Assembly (NCBI GenBank): GCA_044345055.1
Contig: JBIJBT010000005.1
Span: 1-57,098 of the forward strand
Reading direction: 5' to 3'
Length of the DNA stretch: 57,098 bases
DNA from: Bdellovibrionota bacterium
GTDB lineage: Bacteria > Bdellovibrionota_C > UBA2361 > OMIW01
Shown: piece by piece, positions 37,846 to 47,711 of the stretch
How positions within the stretch are numbered: position 1 is the first letter of the stretch
How the letters are laid out: every line of letters starts with the position of its first letter
The notes under the pieces: model-generated
What the model was told of the DNA's origin: nothing
What the model saw: the letters and a program-made list of their open reading frames with translations, nothing else
Databases searched by the model: none
Position numbers and translations under genes: made by a program

Positions 37846-39267
37846 GTGATGAGATTGAATGGATTAACGGTACGTTTTGGATTGTGGTTCGTGATGTCAG
37901 TCGTTTGCGTTATTGCGCAGCCGATATCTCAAGTGACCGCTGAGGATAGAATTCACTCTAGGTCCAAGAGTCCCTTTGAAACACCTCCTCAACTACGAGC
38001 TCGTGTTGATTTTTGGAAGGATGTATTCACCCGCTACGGAAAATTTGATCTAATCGTCCATCATCGGATGTTTCCGCAGGCGGTCTTTCATGTTGAGAGG
38101 CTCGAGTACGTCGTCGAAGCAATGTCTCCGGCTGACCAAGAACGTTTTGTTGCATTTCAAGAGGCTGCACTTAAGCGAGATGTGGCCGAGGTGTTGCGTT
38201 TCCTTGAGCGGGGCGGAAAACCGTTTTCCCGTTTTGAACAACGTATAGATCAGGCGATGAAGCTAGTCCCGGGAGGACCGGAAAAGTTTAGTCGAGCGAT
38301 ACAAGATGATCTTATTCGGGTGCAGCGAGGTATTCGGGAACGGCATCAGGAGGCGGTTCGTCGAGCGGGTAGATATCTTCCATATATTGAGGATATTTTT
38401 TACCGTGAAGGATTACCGATCGAACTTACTCGTATACCGTTTATTGAATCTTCCTTTGATTACGAAGCGACCAGCTCCGTTGGTGCTGCTGGTATCTGGC
38501 AGTTTATGAAGGGAACTGCTCGATCATATATGACCGTTAACAGCCTGATCGATGAACGTCGAGATCCATTTATCGCTTCAAGGGCCGCCGCTAAATATTT
38601 GAGAGAGGCTTATTTCCGGCTTGGTTCCTGGCCTCTTGCGATTGTTTCATACAACCATGGAGTCGCTGGGGTCGCCAAGAAGGTTTCACAGCTGGGGCTC
38701 GACGATATGGCAGAGATCGTTGAACATCCGACCCAGCGGCCGTTTGGATTCGCCTCAACTAACTTTTATCCGGAGTTTCTCGCTGCTCTTGAGATATATA
38801 ACGAGCGCCACTCTCTTTTTACTGGGCTAGAGGATGAGCCTGCCCTTTCGTTCAGATCGTTTGAGCTTCCCACAGCTCAAACGGGACCAGCACTCGCCAG
38901 ACGGCTCGGAGTGCCGATAGCTCAACTCGCCTCCCTTAATCTCGCCCTCAATTCGGCAGTGTGGAGGGGGCAAGCTCAGGTACCGCGTGGATATCGAATT
39001 TTTGTTCCGACTCAGGTTGCTCCCGAGACGATATCTTTTGTGTCGTATGAGAAAACCCCTCAACGTACTACGTCAAGAAATGCGGTACGCCCGACCCCTG
39101 CGAACAAAGGAAATTCAGCTTCTCCCCGAGCACATCGGGTTCGCCCAGGTGAATCTCTATCAGGAATTGCGGCTCGATATAAGACCTCGGTGTCCCGTTT
39201 GTGCGCTATAAATAAGTGTCAGAAGAATCTACAGGCTGTAAGTGGTGATATTCTGAAGGTGCCTTAG
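37846..39267 (+). CDS. MltD-like lytic transglycosylase with LysM
   Basis: IESSF, SSVGAAGIWQFM, SYNHG; C-terminal HRVRPGESLSGIAARY LysM. Confidence 0.9.
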   Translation: MMRLNGLTVRFGLWFVMSVVCVIAQPISQVTAEDRIHSRSKSPFETPPQLRARVDFWKDVFTRYGKFDLIVHHRMFPQAVFHVERLEYVVEAMSPADQERFVAFQEAALKRDVAEVLRFLERGGKPFSRFEQRIDQAMKLVPGGPEKFSRAIQDDLIRVQRGIRERHQEAVRRAGRYLPYIEDIFYREGLPIELTRIPFIESSFDYEATSSVGAAGIWQFMKGTARSYMTVNSLIDERRDPFIASRAAAKYLREAYFRLGSWPLAIVSYNHGVAGVAKKVSQLGLDDMAEIVEHPTQRPFGFASTNFYPEFLAALEIYNERHSLFTGLEDEPALSFRSFELPTAQTGPALARRLGVPIAQLASLNLALNSAVWRGQAQVPRGYRIFVPTQVAPETISFVSYEKTPQRTTSRNAVRPTPANKGNSASPRAHRVRPGESLSGIAARYKTSVSRLCAINKCQKNLQAVSGDILKVP

Positions 39268-39268
39268 T

Positions 39269-39314
39269 TAATTGGCCCTTAAAAACCCATGGAAGGGTTT
39301 TTAAGGGCCAACTA
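39269..39314. repeat. 46-bp palindrome of the MITE-like family (may act as bidirectional terminator)
   Basis: TAATTGGCCCTTAAAAACCC-ATGGAA-GGGTTTTTAAGGGCCAACTA; reverse complement matches 20946 onward. Confidence 0.75.
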
Positions 39315-39353
39315 TTTATAGTTTGCTCTTGTTAGTATCGGCGTGAGGAGGCG

Positions 39354-41222
39354 TTATCCCTCAGCACCCTCATCGGTGAGCTGTATCGCTTCTGAACTGC
39401 CTAGCTCTATCGGAGCGGTACTATCGCCTTGCCCTTCATCTTCAATTTCAACATGAGAGGTCATTGTTATGGCTCGCTTCACGAAGAGAGCAGATCCCTG
39501 ATGGGAGTGCTTTTCGAGAGTTGTAAAGCTTTTTTCAGCCTCTTTTTCATCTATGTCGAGGAAACCGAAATGCTTTCTCATGCTGACATGGAGAATCGCT
39601 TCTTCTGGAACGCCAGCCTCTGTAAGAATCGCGATCACACCATCTCGATTTAGCGCCTCGGCCTCTCCTTTTCCGAGATAAAAGCGAGTTGAACGTTGAG
39701 CAATCGTTCGTGGACGAGGGGGTAGATTTTCTACCTCAGACTCACGCCGCTCACGAGGTTCTCTAGTTGGTGTTGCGGGCCGTTCCTCTCTTTGATCCCG
39801 TCCTCGGTTCCCGCGTCCATCGCGGCCCTCTCGTTGTTCCCGACCCTCTCGTTGATCTCGTACTTCTCTCTGGTCCCGTCCTTCCCGCTCTCTTCCATCT
39901 CTTCCGCGACGATCTTCGGTGTGACGAGGAAGTCGGTCTCGGCGGCCCTCACCCTCAGAGCCCCTCTCCTCTACGACCTCAGTAGGCGCATTCAAGACCT
40001 GAAGTGAAATCTGAAGAGCAGCATTGAGAAGCTCTTCGTGTTGAGGATCTTCCTGAATAAGCGCACGAAGGGCGCTGACTGCAGATGGATCGCTGATAGT
40101 TGTCGCAAGTAGACGACCTTTCAAGCCAGCATATTTTGCCCGTTGAATCTCCTCGGATGACGGAAGGACGGCTGCTTCAAACGGCGATTCGACTATTTTT
40201 CGGAGGTAGAAAAAGTTGGCCCGGTCGAGAGGCCCCACAATGTTAAGAACCTCGCGTAACCGACTCGCGGCTCTAGATGGTTCGGTTCGATGATAATAGA
40301 CCTCTGGATCGCTTGGAATCGAGTAGTTCACTACTAGTTTAAACTCACCAACCTCAATTGAGCGAGCTGCACTATCGGTCACTACGAGCGCTGTTGCTTC
40401 ACCTGAAGCAACCTGAGCAACTGATTGAGCGATTTTCTGGGGAGAGATATGACCTACGAGCTTTCTGGCAGCAATGCCAGCCTTTCGGAGGATGGTATCA
40501 ACTAGATCTGCATCAGAGGGCTGATTGCAGAAGACTATCGTTGAAGGAAGTTTGAAACCCTGAATAAAGTCGGTAAGAGCCTGACCCTTTGCGAGCAGCT
40601 CTCCGCCTACTTCGAAGAATAGATGTTTAATCTGAACTGCTGATGATTGGAAATAGGGCTGCATTAGCTCTTCGAGTGCCGCAGATATTTCGGGAGCAAT
40701 GAGGACCAGCTGCGGTCGCTTTCCACGCTTGCATACATTCAGTAATACGTCCTTGAGACCGGAAATTTCATCAACTGACGGCTCATTGGATGTTGCAATA
40801 ATCACCCGTGCAATGTCGGTTGCGCGACCAGCTTCGCCGGTTAAAAACGGGACGATCTCAGCTGATTTTCCAACCAAAAGAGATGCTTCCTCTGAAACAT
40901 CGGAGATCAGCCCGCCGGTTAGCGCTTTGGCTTTCATTTCGGTAGTAACTGCGAGTGATAGCTCCGAGTCGTCGGTAACCAGAATTGCACTTCCTCCTTC
41001 ACCGCGAACGGCTTTCTCGACAAGAAGTCCGACTATAATCATCTCTGCCCGAGGAGCGGCCGCGAGAAATGCGTCCTTACCAGCTCGGAAAAGAGGTATT
41101 AGGCTCGTTGTATCGGAGTTTGTTGATGCCCCGAGTTCACTTAGAACGGAGCGCTCTCGGTCCTGAAGATCTGAGGTGATTGTGTCAGCGGAGGAAGAGC
41201 CACTGGGGGATTTTTGATTCAT
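39354..41222 (-). CDS. Degenerate DEAD-box helicase-like protein with DbpA-type RNA-binding C-terminus
   Basis: Helicase C-domain remnants IVFCN, TDSAARSI, VVNYSIP, YYHR; R/E/G/D-rich linker; RFYLGKG...FGFLDI domain; motifs I and II not recognisable. Confidence 0.75.
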   Translation of the reverse strand: MNQKSPSGSSSADTITSDLQDRERSVLSELGASTNSDTTSLIPLFRAGKDAFLAAAPRAEMIIVGLLVEKAVRGEGGSAILVTDDSELSLAVTTEMKAKALTGGLISDVSEEASLLVGKSAEIVPFLTGEAGRATDIARVIIATSNEPSVDEISGLKDVLLNVCKRGKRPQLVLIAPEISAALEELMQPYFQSSAVQIKHLFFEVGGELLAKGQALTDFIQGFKLPSTIVFCNQPSDADLVDTILRKAGIAARKLVGHISPQKIAQSVAQVASGEATALVVTDSAARSIEVGEFKLVVNYSIPSDPEVYYHRTEPSRAASRLREVLNIVGPLDRANFFYLRKIVESPFEAAVLPSSEEIQRAKYAGLKGRLLATTISDPSAVSALRALIQEDPQHEELLNAALQISLQVLNAPTEVVEERGSEGEGRRDRLPRHTEDRRGRDGREREGRDQREVRDQREGREQREGRDGRGNRGRDQREERPATPTREPRERRESEVENLPPRPRTIAQRSTRFYLGKGEAEALNRDGVIAILTEAGVPEEAILHVSMRKHFGFLDIDEKEAEKSFTTLEKHSHQGSALFVKRAITMTSHVEIEDEGQGDSTAPIELGSSEAIQLTDEGAEG

Positions 41223-41402
41223 ACTTTTTGCCTGTCACGTTTAGGTACAGAGAATACCGTAATTGCCGAGCTCCTTCCCTCTTTGATTCAGCATCGTTGC
41301 AGATGCATTGAACCTGCGATTTGGAAAGTTGCAAGAAATGTAAAGATCGCGAATGGTATAACGAAGGGTAGTTTGAGTCGTATATACTCTTATTTCGCAA
41401 TC

Positions 41403-41830
41403 ACAAGGGCCGCCCCCAAATAGGTCTCAGATCTTTGGCGATGACCACCCCAGCCACTAGATGGAGTGACTAGTTTTTGTCTGCCGAGCTAGTGCCCTGA
41501 ACAGCTCTCACGATTCTTGTCTTGGCTTGCAACCAGGATTCCCCTGCATGGCTAGCCATCATGAGCGTTATTCACCATTGAGCGATAACTAATGGAAGGA
41601 CCGACTGGAAGATTTTCTCAGAAAGGCGCTTCCTGCCAACATGATTCGGTTCAACGGTCCGTCTAAGAGCAGAATGTCTCTAACTGAAGATTCTCAAAAC
41701 GGCTGAGAGCTGCACGATTTTTTACGGCGTGTCCCTTCCCTATTGCTACGGGAGGTGAACTGCTTGCCTACCCGCCCTTTGTTGACCAAACCTCGGTTGG
41801 AGTCTACCCTCTCTTAGAAGAGGTGTCTAT
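41403..41830 (-). ncRNA. Candidate large structured non-coding RNA (unassigned)
   Basis: No ORF of 60 aa or more; nested long-range helices and hairpins whose G-U pairs favour the minus strand; does not match motifs of RNase P, SRP, OLE or riboswitches known to me. Confidence 0.5.
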
Positions 41831-42020
41831 ATTGCGCGGTATTGATTTCTTTTAACGCTGTTTCTGTATGAGGGGGATAGTTAAAGCCCTTCGCCCGCAA
41901 CGCCCTTCTTTTTCCCTTTTAGGTGCTAATAGTGAGCTGAAGGCTCGCGAATCGACGATGACCGGAATTGGGCATTTCATTCGAATAATCTCCACCTAAG
42001 GGTATTATTGCTTTCTTTCC

Positions 42021-43121
42021 ATGATCATTCTACCTCGACCTATCAGTCCCTCGTTTTCGCAAAAAAGGCTATCCGCCGCTCTTATAGCACTCCTTCTGTT
42101 TTTTTTTGTTGGTTGTGCGTCTCCCCCTCGCCGCCCTCTGGCCGCTCGTACTGGCGGAGCTGTTCAGAAGCCGCAGATTGTTGGCTGGAAGCTTCTCCCT
42201 AAATCAGTGATTGCGGTTACCTCAGAAGGAGCCATCAATTCCGCCTCTATACCGAATGCTAATCCGGAGCGTCTCTCAACAATCTGTCGAATCTCTGCTG
42301 ATACCCTTCCAATTTTTTCGGCTGCAACTTCATCGGATGGCCAGTTGGTAGCAGTAAGTATGCGTGGTGTTGTTCGGGTAGTTGCTCTTTCCGACTGTCA
42401 CCTTGTTGCGGAGACGCGGCTTATTGATAGTCGCATCGGCTCTCTGGCATTTTCTCCAGACTCTCGCTCTATCATAATGGGAGCCTTCGATGGGAAGGTC
42501 TATCGATGGCGTTTTTTGGAGAGTGGTGGGTTTTCTGAGAATCAACATCTTCTTTTTGAGCGTTACGTTGGTCACGGAGGGGTAGTTAGCTCCGTTGCAT
42601 TTCATCCGGCCGGTAGGGTCTTTTTTTCCTCCGATTGGACCGGTTCTCTCCGAGCTTGGCTTCGCTACGACCAGGATGACTACAAGGGGCGATGGGATGT
42701 TGTCACGGGCCCAGGTCGTTTCTACACAGAGGTAGCGGTAGCAGTATCTGCGGCTCGCTTTTCTGAGCCTATTGATAGTCTCGTTGTGAGTAGTCAGGGG
42801 GACTATCTTTTAACCTCGACCCGCGATGGCTCGGTTCAGCTCTGGTCGATTCGGGGCTTTCTACTTCGCGGACAAATATCTGCGCACGATGGGCAGATTC
42901 GGAGCATCGCACTGAGCGGTTCTGGAGAATTAGCAGCAACGAGCGGCAGAGATGGATTCATTCGATTGTGGCGAATCAGCTCTGGCGAAAATGACGGCAA
43001 GCAAGCTGAGTTTTCCAAAATTAGCGAATGGTACCAGCCAGACAACCGTTATCTTGCGATAGATGATCAAGGACGCATCATCACCATAGGTGATGAACAG
43101 GTTCAGGTACTAAATCCGTAG
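42021..43121 (+). CDS. WD40-repeat lipoprotein
   Basis: VGC lipobox; GH...SVAF.P.G, AHDGQIRSIALS...GRDGFIRLW repeats. Confidence 0.85.
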   Translation: MIILPRPISPSFSQKRLSAALIALLLFFFVGCASPPRRPLAARTGGAVQKPQIVGWKLLPKSVIAVTSEGAINSASIPNANPERLSTICRISADTLPIFSAATSSDGQLVAVSMRGVVRVVALSDCHLVAETRLIDSRIGSLAFSPDSRSIIMGAFDGKVYRWRFLESGGFSENQHLLFERYVGHGGVVSSVAFHPAGRVFFSSDWTGSLRAWLRYDQDDYKGRWDVVTGPGRFYTEVAVAVSAARFSEPIDSLVVSSQGDYLLTSTRDGSVQLWSIRGFLLRGQISAHDGQIRSIALSGSGELAATSGRDGFIRLWRISSGENDGKQAEFSKISEWYQPDNRYLAIDDQGRIITIGDEQVQVLNP

Positions 43122-43261
43122 GTTTGACAGATTAGAAACTAGTTCGATTTGAAATCCTTTTTCTCTATTAAGTTCAATTGCTGTTGTGCTTTGGCCAAAT
43201 TAAGACCCGATAGTCAACGGTATATGTATAGACTATGCTACATAGTTACCAGGGATAAAAA

Positions 43262-43792
43262 ATGAGTCATCAACAACCCGGTGTCAGAGGTATCTTATCA
43301 TTAGTGGGCGCTGTAGCTGCTGCTACAGCCCTTCTTGATCAGGTCACGAAGTTGTTAATATTGAGACAATTTTCCCCTGGTGAAGGGGTAACGGTGCTCC
43401 CAGGTCTGTTTGATCTTACCCTGTTGTTCAATAAGGGCGCTGCATTTGGACTTTTTTCTCGAATTGAGTCAGATGTAATTCGTTTGGGGCTTTTAGCAAT
43501 TACGACGATTATTGCGCTAACCGTTCTCTTCATTGTTCTTTTACGGGAATATCGAGAGGACTTGTGGGGGCAAGCTATCGTTGGTTTGGTGCTCGGAGGA
43601 GCTATCGGAAATGTAATCGATAGGGTCAGGATAGGAGCTGTCGTTGATTTTTTAGATTTTCATATTGGAATCAATCACTGGCCTGCGTTTAATGTTGCCG
43701 ACTCTGCGATCTGCGTGGGAGTTTTTTTTCTTCTGATTAGAAAAACTAAAACTTCAACGGATGTGGTTCAAGCACCTGATGCTTTACAATAG
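43262..43792 (+). CDS. lspA: Lipoprotein signal peptidase II
   Basis: DQVTK, NKGAAFG, GGAIGNVIDR, VVDF, FNVADSAI. Confidence 0.97.
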   Translation: MSHQQPGVRGILSLVGAVAAATALLDQVTKLLILRQFSPGEGVTVLPGLFDLTLLFNKGAAFGLFSRIESDVIRLGLLAITTIIALTVLFIVLLREYREDLWGQAIVGLVLGGAIGNVIDRVRIGAVVDFLDFHIGINHWPAFNVADSAICVGVFFLLIRKTKTSTDVVQAPDALQ

Positions 43793-43831
43793 CCTGTCTC
43801 CAGATGACGCACGCTAAATGGAGGGGTTTTT

Positions 43832-44995
43832 ATGCGTCTTTTCCTTTCTTTGTATCTGGATTCTGCCGTGGCGAAAAAAGCGCATCACTCGGACCTTAGA
43901 TTTTTGGTGGCTCCACATCTCTCTCTTTTACAACTCTCGCCGTTAGTCCTGTCGGTTTCTTTCTTTGTTGTATTTGGGAGCGGGATTGCTGTCGCAGAAA
44001 GGGTCGAAGGTAAGCACGTCAATGAGCGGTATGGATTCTCAATATCATATCCCTCTCCTATGTTTTCAGAGCAGATTACTCCGCCTGACTCGGCGGTAGC
44101 TCTGGTACTCTCTGGCCAAAAGGGATTTCCGACATTCACGGTTGCGGTGGCAGAGAGTGGCTATCAGCCTATCTCTGATGATGCTCATGTCGCGCAGCTC
44201 TTGGGGGAATATAAGCGCGCCGGGTTCGCGGATGCTCGAGCGGTGAGAGTGTCTCGTTACACCCATAGAGGAGTACCGCTGCAATCACCCCTGGTTACAA
44301 TTTTATTTTCAACACCCCCTGAAGCAATAGCGCAAAGATGTAAAGAGGGAGCCGAAAGAGTTCGTGGTGAGCAAGCATTGAGACACAACCGCGATGATGA
44401 AGGAATCGGGGATGAAACCTCTCTTTTGGAATCTTCTCGTGCTGCTCGATCTGCCGTTAATCGTTCCCTTCGTAGTAAAGGATGCGATGAGTATATTGAC
44501 CAAAAACAGTGGCTGATTCGCTCAAAGGTCGTCCTGATTTCAACGCCGTCGCGCCATTTTGTTTTGACCTATATGGATTTCGCGGATAGCGGAAATTTTG
44601 AACAGGCAATTACCCTCTTTAATCAATTCAAGATCGGTTTGGGTGAAAGCGAAGAAGATCACGAGCAGGAAAAGGAAAGTAGTGAGAAGACTGATCCCTC
44701 ACCAAATAGCTATGGACTTATGAGGGGCTTGTTTGGTTGGGTGGCGCCAGTGATGACGGGGCTTGTACAATCTTCGGAAGACACTAAACCTTATCCAGTC
44801 GAGAAGATTGATGATGAAGCTTCGCCCAGTTTGCGACCATTCGAGAAAGATGAGGGTCCATCTGAGATTCGTGCACAGCCCCGCTGGTCAGAGTTCACCA
44901 AACGTGTGCTACCAAATTCACAGGGCGGACAGCTATTCGGCGCGCTAACCCTTTTTACATCGGGAATTATTTTGAATCGATTACGGCGTCGATAG
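43832..44995 (+). CDS. Hypothetical exported protein (PsbP-like N-domain suspected)
   Basis: Long ORF, hydrophobic segment, NERYGFSISYP motif, C-terminal hydrophobic/basic tail; start uncertain. Confidence 0.6.
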   Translation: MRLFLSLYLDSAVAKKAHHSDLRFLVAPHLSLLQLSPLVLSVSFFVVFGSGIAVAERVEGKHVNERYGFSISYPSPMFSEQITPPDSAVALVLSGQKGFPTFTVAVAESGYQPISDDAHVAQLLGEYKRAGFADARAVRVSRYTHRGVPLQSPLVTILFSTPPEAIAQRCKEGAERVRGEQALRHNRDDEGIGDETSLLESSRAARSAVNRSLRSKGCDEYIDQKQWLIRSKVVLISTPSRHFVLTYMDFADSGNFEQAITLFNQFKIGLGESEEDHEQEKESSEKTDPSPNSYGLMRGLFGWVAPVMTGLVQSSEDTKPYPVEKIDDEASPSLRPFEKDEGPSEIRAQPRWSEFTKRVLPNSQGGQLFGALTLFTSGIILNRLRRR

Positions 44996-45276
44996 CGCAG
45001 GAATAAACGCATGGGCGCAATAACGATCGTTTGCATAGATAAATCGCTGAGTCGGAGGCGTTTAAATAGAACTGTTGGAATCACGCCTCCTGACACGTTG
45101 CTGCTGAGACTTAATGGCTACCTAAGTTAGTTTGAAGGTTGGGTAGATAGTCTCGACAATAATGCGTCTAACCGTTTATGATCCACGTTGAATTTTTTCC
45201 CGCGGAAACGGTGGTCAAATCGATTCAGCTACGGCAACTTCTTAGTTGCACAAAGAGTAATAATTGGGGGCTTTTC

Positions 45277-46737
45277 ATGAGACGAATAGGAGCGCCGCAG
45301 AGGGTTCGAGTAGGCCGTATTGTCGGGTGTTGTGTAGCGATTGTGTTGGTGTCGGGTTGTGCGACAGAGCCAGGAAGGATAACTGGGCTCGGAACTGCGA
45401 CGGGTGGAGTTTTGGGTGCAGGTTTTGGAGCGCTTATTGGAGCGCAGACGGGGGATCCTGGAACTGGTCTGATCGTTGGGGGTGCTGCAGGATCTGTTGC
45501 TGGTGCAGTAGTTGCCAATGCTTTCGAGGCAGAGGAGCGTTACCTTGATTCGAATCGTACCCTCATGCGTGAACGAGACCAAGAAATTGGGCGTAGGCGG
45601 GAGCAGCTAGCTGCCTTACGAACCCAGGAGTCTGGACGTGATTTTGAGCTAACAGAACAGCCTTCTTTTTCAGAGCGCAAATCTCCGACACTTGGACAAT
45701 CAAATCGAACAAATATGGCGTCGGATGATGAGCCTAGTCGTTCGTCGTCGCTATCAGCGCTTGCCCTTGATGCTGAAGATGTGCGCCCCATTTACGTTGA
45801 AAGAAGAAACGGGGCAAATGCGCGTTCGGCTGATGTATTGGCGACGCAACCTAGAGAGGACCAGTATGGCTCTACAAACGCTCAGCCTCAGCGAGAAGCT
45901 GTAAAAGCGCCGGAGTCCTCACCAAAAGAAGCTCCAGTGAAAAAGGTAGTTAAGGCCGAGGATGTAACTCCTCCATCTCCCAAAAATGAAGTAAGCAAAA
46001 ATCTTAACACTTCCTCAGCCTCGGGACGACGAAACTCTTGGGTGGTCGCAGAGAAGGATAAGGTAGAAGTAGGCAAGGCCATTCAGCCTGAGGTAAAAAA
46101 ACAAAATAGTGCGGTACCCATTTCGAAAGAAGCGGCTCCGGCAAAGGTCATTCTCCCTGTGCGCAAGGCTCCCGGTTTGGCAACTGAGGAGAGCGATAGA
46201 GCGAAAATAAAGCAGGCGCCTTCCTCGAAGGAGCCTCTTGCATCGGCGCGCCGGGATGCAACAGAAACGCAGAAGGTATCATCCTCTGCTCCTCAGAAGC
46301 GGGATGTCGTCAGCGCGCGTGCTATTCCCGCATCTCCAACGGTAGAAAAACCTCGTCCAACGGCTGTACCGCCGACCGCTGTCCCGCATAGCGCAGCAAA
46401 AGATGTCGCGAGCGCAACTCCGACAGTGGGCGCTTCCGATCCAGCAAAGTCCCTGGTCGGAGATTCTAGCGGTAACAGATCCTCGGGGGAGTGTTCGCAA
46501 GCAGCCCAAGAGATAGAAAAATCAGTTCAGGTATCGGAGCCGTCCGAGAAGCTTTTCCACTATCGAAGAGCTTTGCGACTCTGTCCAGCCGATGCTCGGT
46601 ATCATATCCATCTTGGCGATCACTATCGGTCATTGAATCGATTTGCGGATGCGAGTTTCGAATATAAGGAGGCTTTGGCTCTTGATCCGAAAAGTGCAGC
46701 GGCAAAGGAACGGATGGAGAAGCTTAAAAACGGGTAG
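45277..46737 (+). CDS. Glycine-zipper lipoprotein with low-complexity linker and C-terminal TPR
   Basis: VSGC lipobox, GGVLGAGFGALIG zipper, HYRRALRLCP...YKEALALDP TPR. Confidence 0.75.
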   Translation: MRRIGAPQRVRVGRIVGCCVAIVLVSGCATEPGRITGLGTATGGVLGAGFGALIGAQTGDPGTGLIVGGAAGSVAGAVVANAFEAEERYLDSNRTLMRERDQEIGRRREQLAALRTQESGRDFELTEQPSFSERKSPTLGQSNRTNMASDDEPSRSSSLSALALDAEDVRPIYVERRNGANARSADVLATQPREDQYGSTNAQPQREAVKAPESSPKEAPVKKVVKAEDVTPPSPKNEVSKNLNTSSASGRRNSWVVAEKDKVEVGKAIQPEVKKQNSAVPISKEAAPAKVILPVRKAPGLATEESDRAKIKQAPSSKEPLASARRDATETQKVSSSAPQKRDVVSARAIPASPTVEKPRPTAVPPTAVPHSAAKDVASATPTVGASDPAKSLVGDSSGNRSSGECSQAAQEIEKSVQVSEPSEKLFHYRRALRLCPADARYHIHLGDHYRSLNRFADASFEYKEALALDPKSAAAKERMEKLKNG

Positions 46738-46779
46738 TCGTTCTAATCGTGGCTTTGGAAGCATCGGAGAAGTCGTATT

Positions 46780-47511
46780 ATGAAATATCTAAATTTAGCA
46801 TCACGAAGTAAGAATCGCTGGGCAGTTCGCTCACTGGTAATATTTGTTGTTTTAATAGCAGGGTGCAGCGGTCCGATGAGAGCGCCGAATGCTCGGGAAA
46901 AGGGTGCGCTTGCCGGCGGTGCTCTGGGAGCTGGTTTAGGGGCTATCGTTGGTAATCAGGTTGGAAATACCGGAGCAGGTATCGCAATAGGGTCGGCGTT
47001 CGGAGCCCTATCGGGTGGCGTTATAGGGAATGAGATTCAGCGTGACTCTGAAGCGATGGCTGAGCAGGGCGACAGGATCGCGCGGAACGAGCAGATGCTC
47101 TCAGAGAATCGGCGCCTTCTCGAGGAGCTGCGCTCCGGTGGCCTTGATGTCCGAGAAACGCAGCGCGGAATCGTTGCAAATCTTCCTGATGTTCTCTTTG
47201 AATTTGGCAGGGCCGATCTGACTGGCGGAGCACGACAAGCAGTTGGCAATATCGCTCGTGTTGCGTCCCGCGCATCGGGGAGAACAATTTCAATTGAGGG
47301 ACACACCGATTCTGTCGGCACTGCTCAGTTCAATCAGCGGCTCTCCGAGCAGCGTGCCCACTCAGTAGCTGATGCTCTCATCGACCGAGGGGTTTCGAGT
47401 AATCGGGTGAGAACTCGTGGATTCGGAAAGGACAGACCGATTACTTCAAATAGCTCTGAAGAGGGCCGAAGGAGGAACCGACGAGTCGAGGTCATTATTG
47501 AAAATCGTTAG
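46780..47511 (+). CDS. OmpA-family lipoprotein with glycine zipper (YiaD-like)
   Basis: IAGC lipobox, GALAGGALGAGLGA, EGHTDSVG, NQRLSEQRA, NRRVEV. Confidence 0.92.
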   Translation: MKYLNLASRSKNRWAVRSLVIFVVLIAGCSGPMRAPNAREKGALAGGALGAGLGAIVGNQVGNTGAGIAIGSAFGALSGGVIGNEIQRDSEAMAEQGDRIARNEQMLSENRRLLEELRSGGLDVRETQRGIVANLPDVLFEFGRADLTGGARQAVGNIARVASRASGRTISIEGHTDSVGTAQFNQRLSEQRAHSVADALIDRGVSSNRVRTRGFGKDRPITSNSSEEGRRRNRRVEVIIENR

Positions 47512-47541
47512 GGAAGATAACAATACACGGATGCGACTGTT

Positions 47542-47587
47542 TAGTTGGCCCTGAAAAACCCCTTAATGAGTTTTTCAGGGAGCACTA
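47542..47587. repeat. 46-bp palindrome of the MITE-like family
   Basis: TAGTTGGCCCTGAAAAACC...TTTTTCAGGGAGCACTA; left end matches 20946, right end matches 21196. Confidence 0.75.
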
Positions 47588-47711
47588 TTCATGTTGCATC
47601 CGATAGAGCCAGTCGTTTTTCGATATTGAAAAAACTTCACTGGCTCACGACCGGAAAATGTCTTCCTATTTTCACTTTCCGGCGTGGTAAAACTTATTCC
47701 ACGCCCAGCCG

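Noticed and set aside
41690..41760. Cobalamin riboswitch (AATAGGGAA on minus strand)
   Set aside because: Lacks the following CCGGTG.AA.TCC stem, GCCCCCGC/ACTGT core and B12-box
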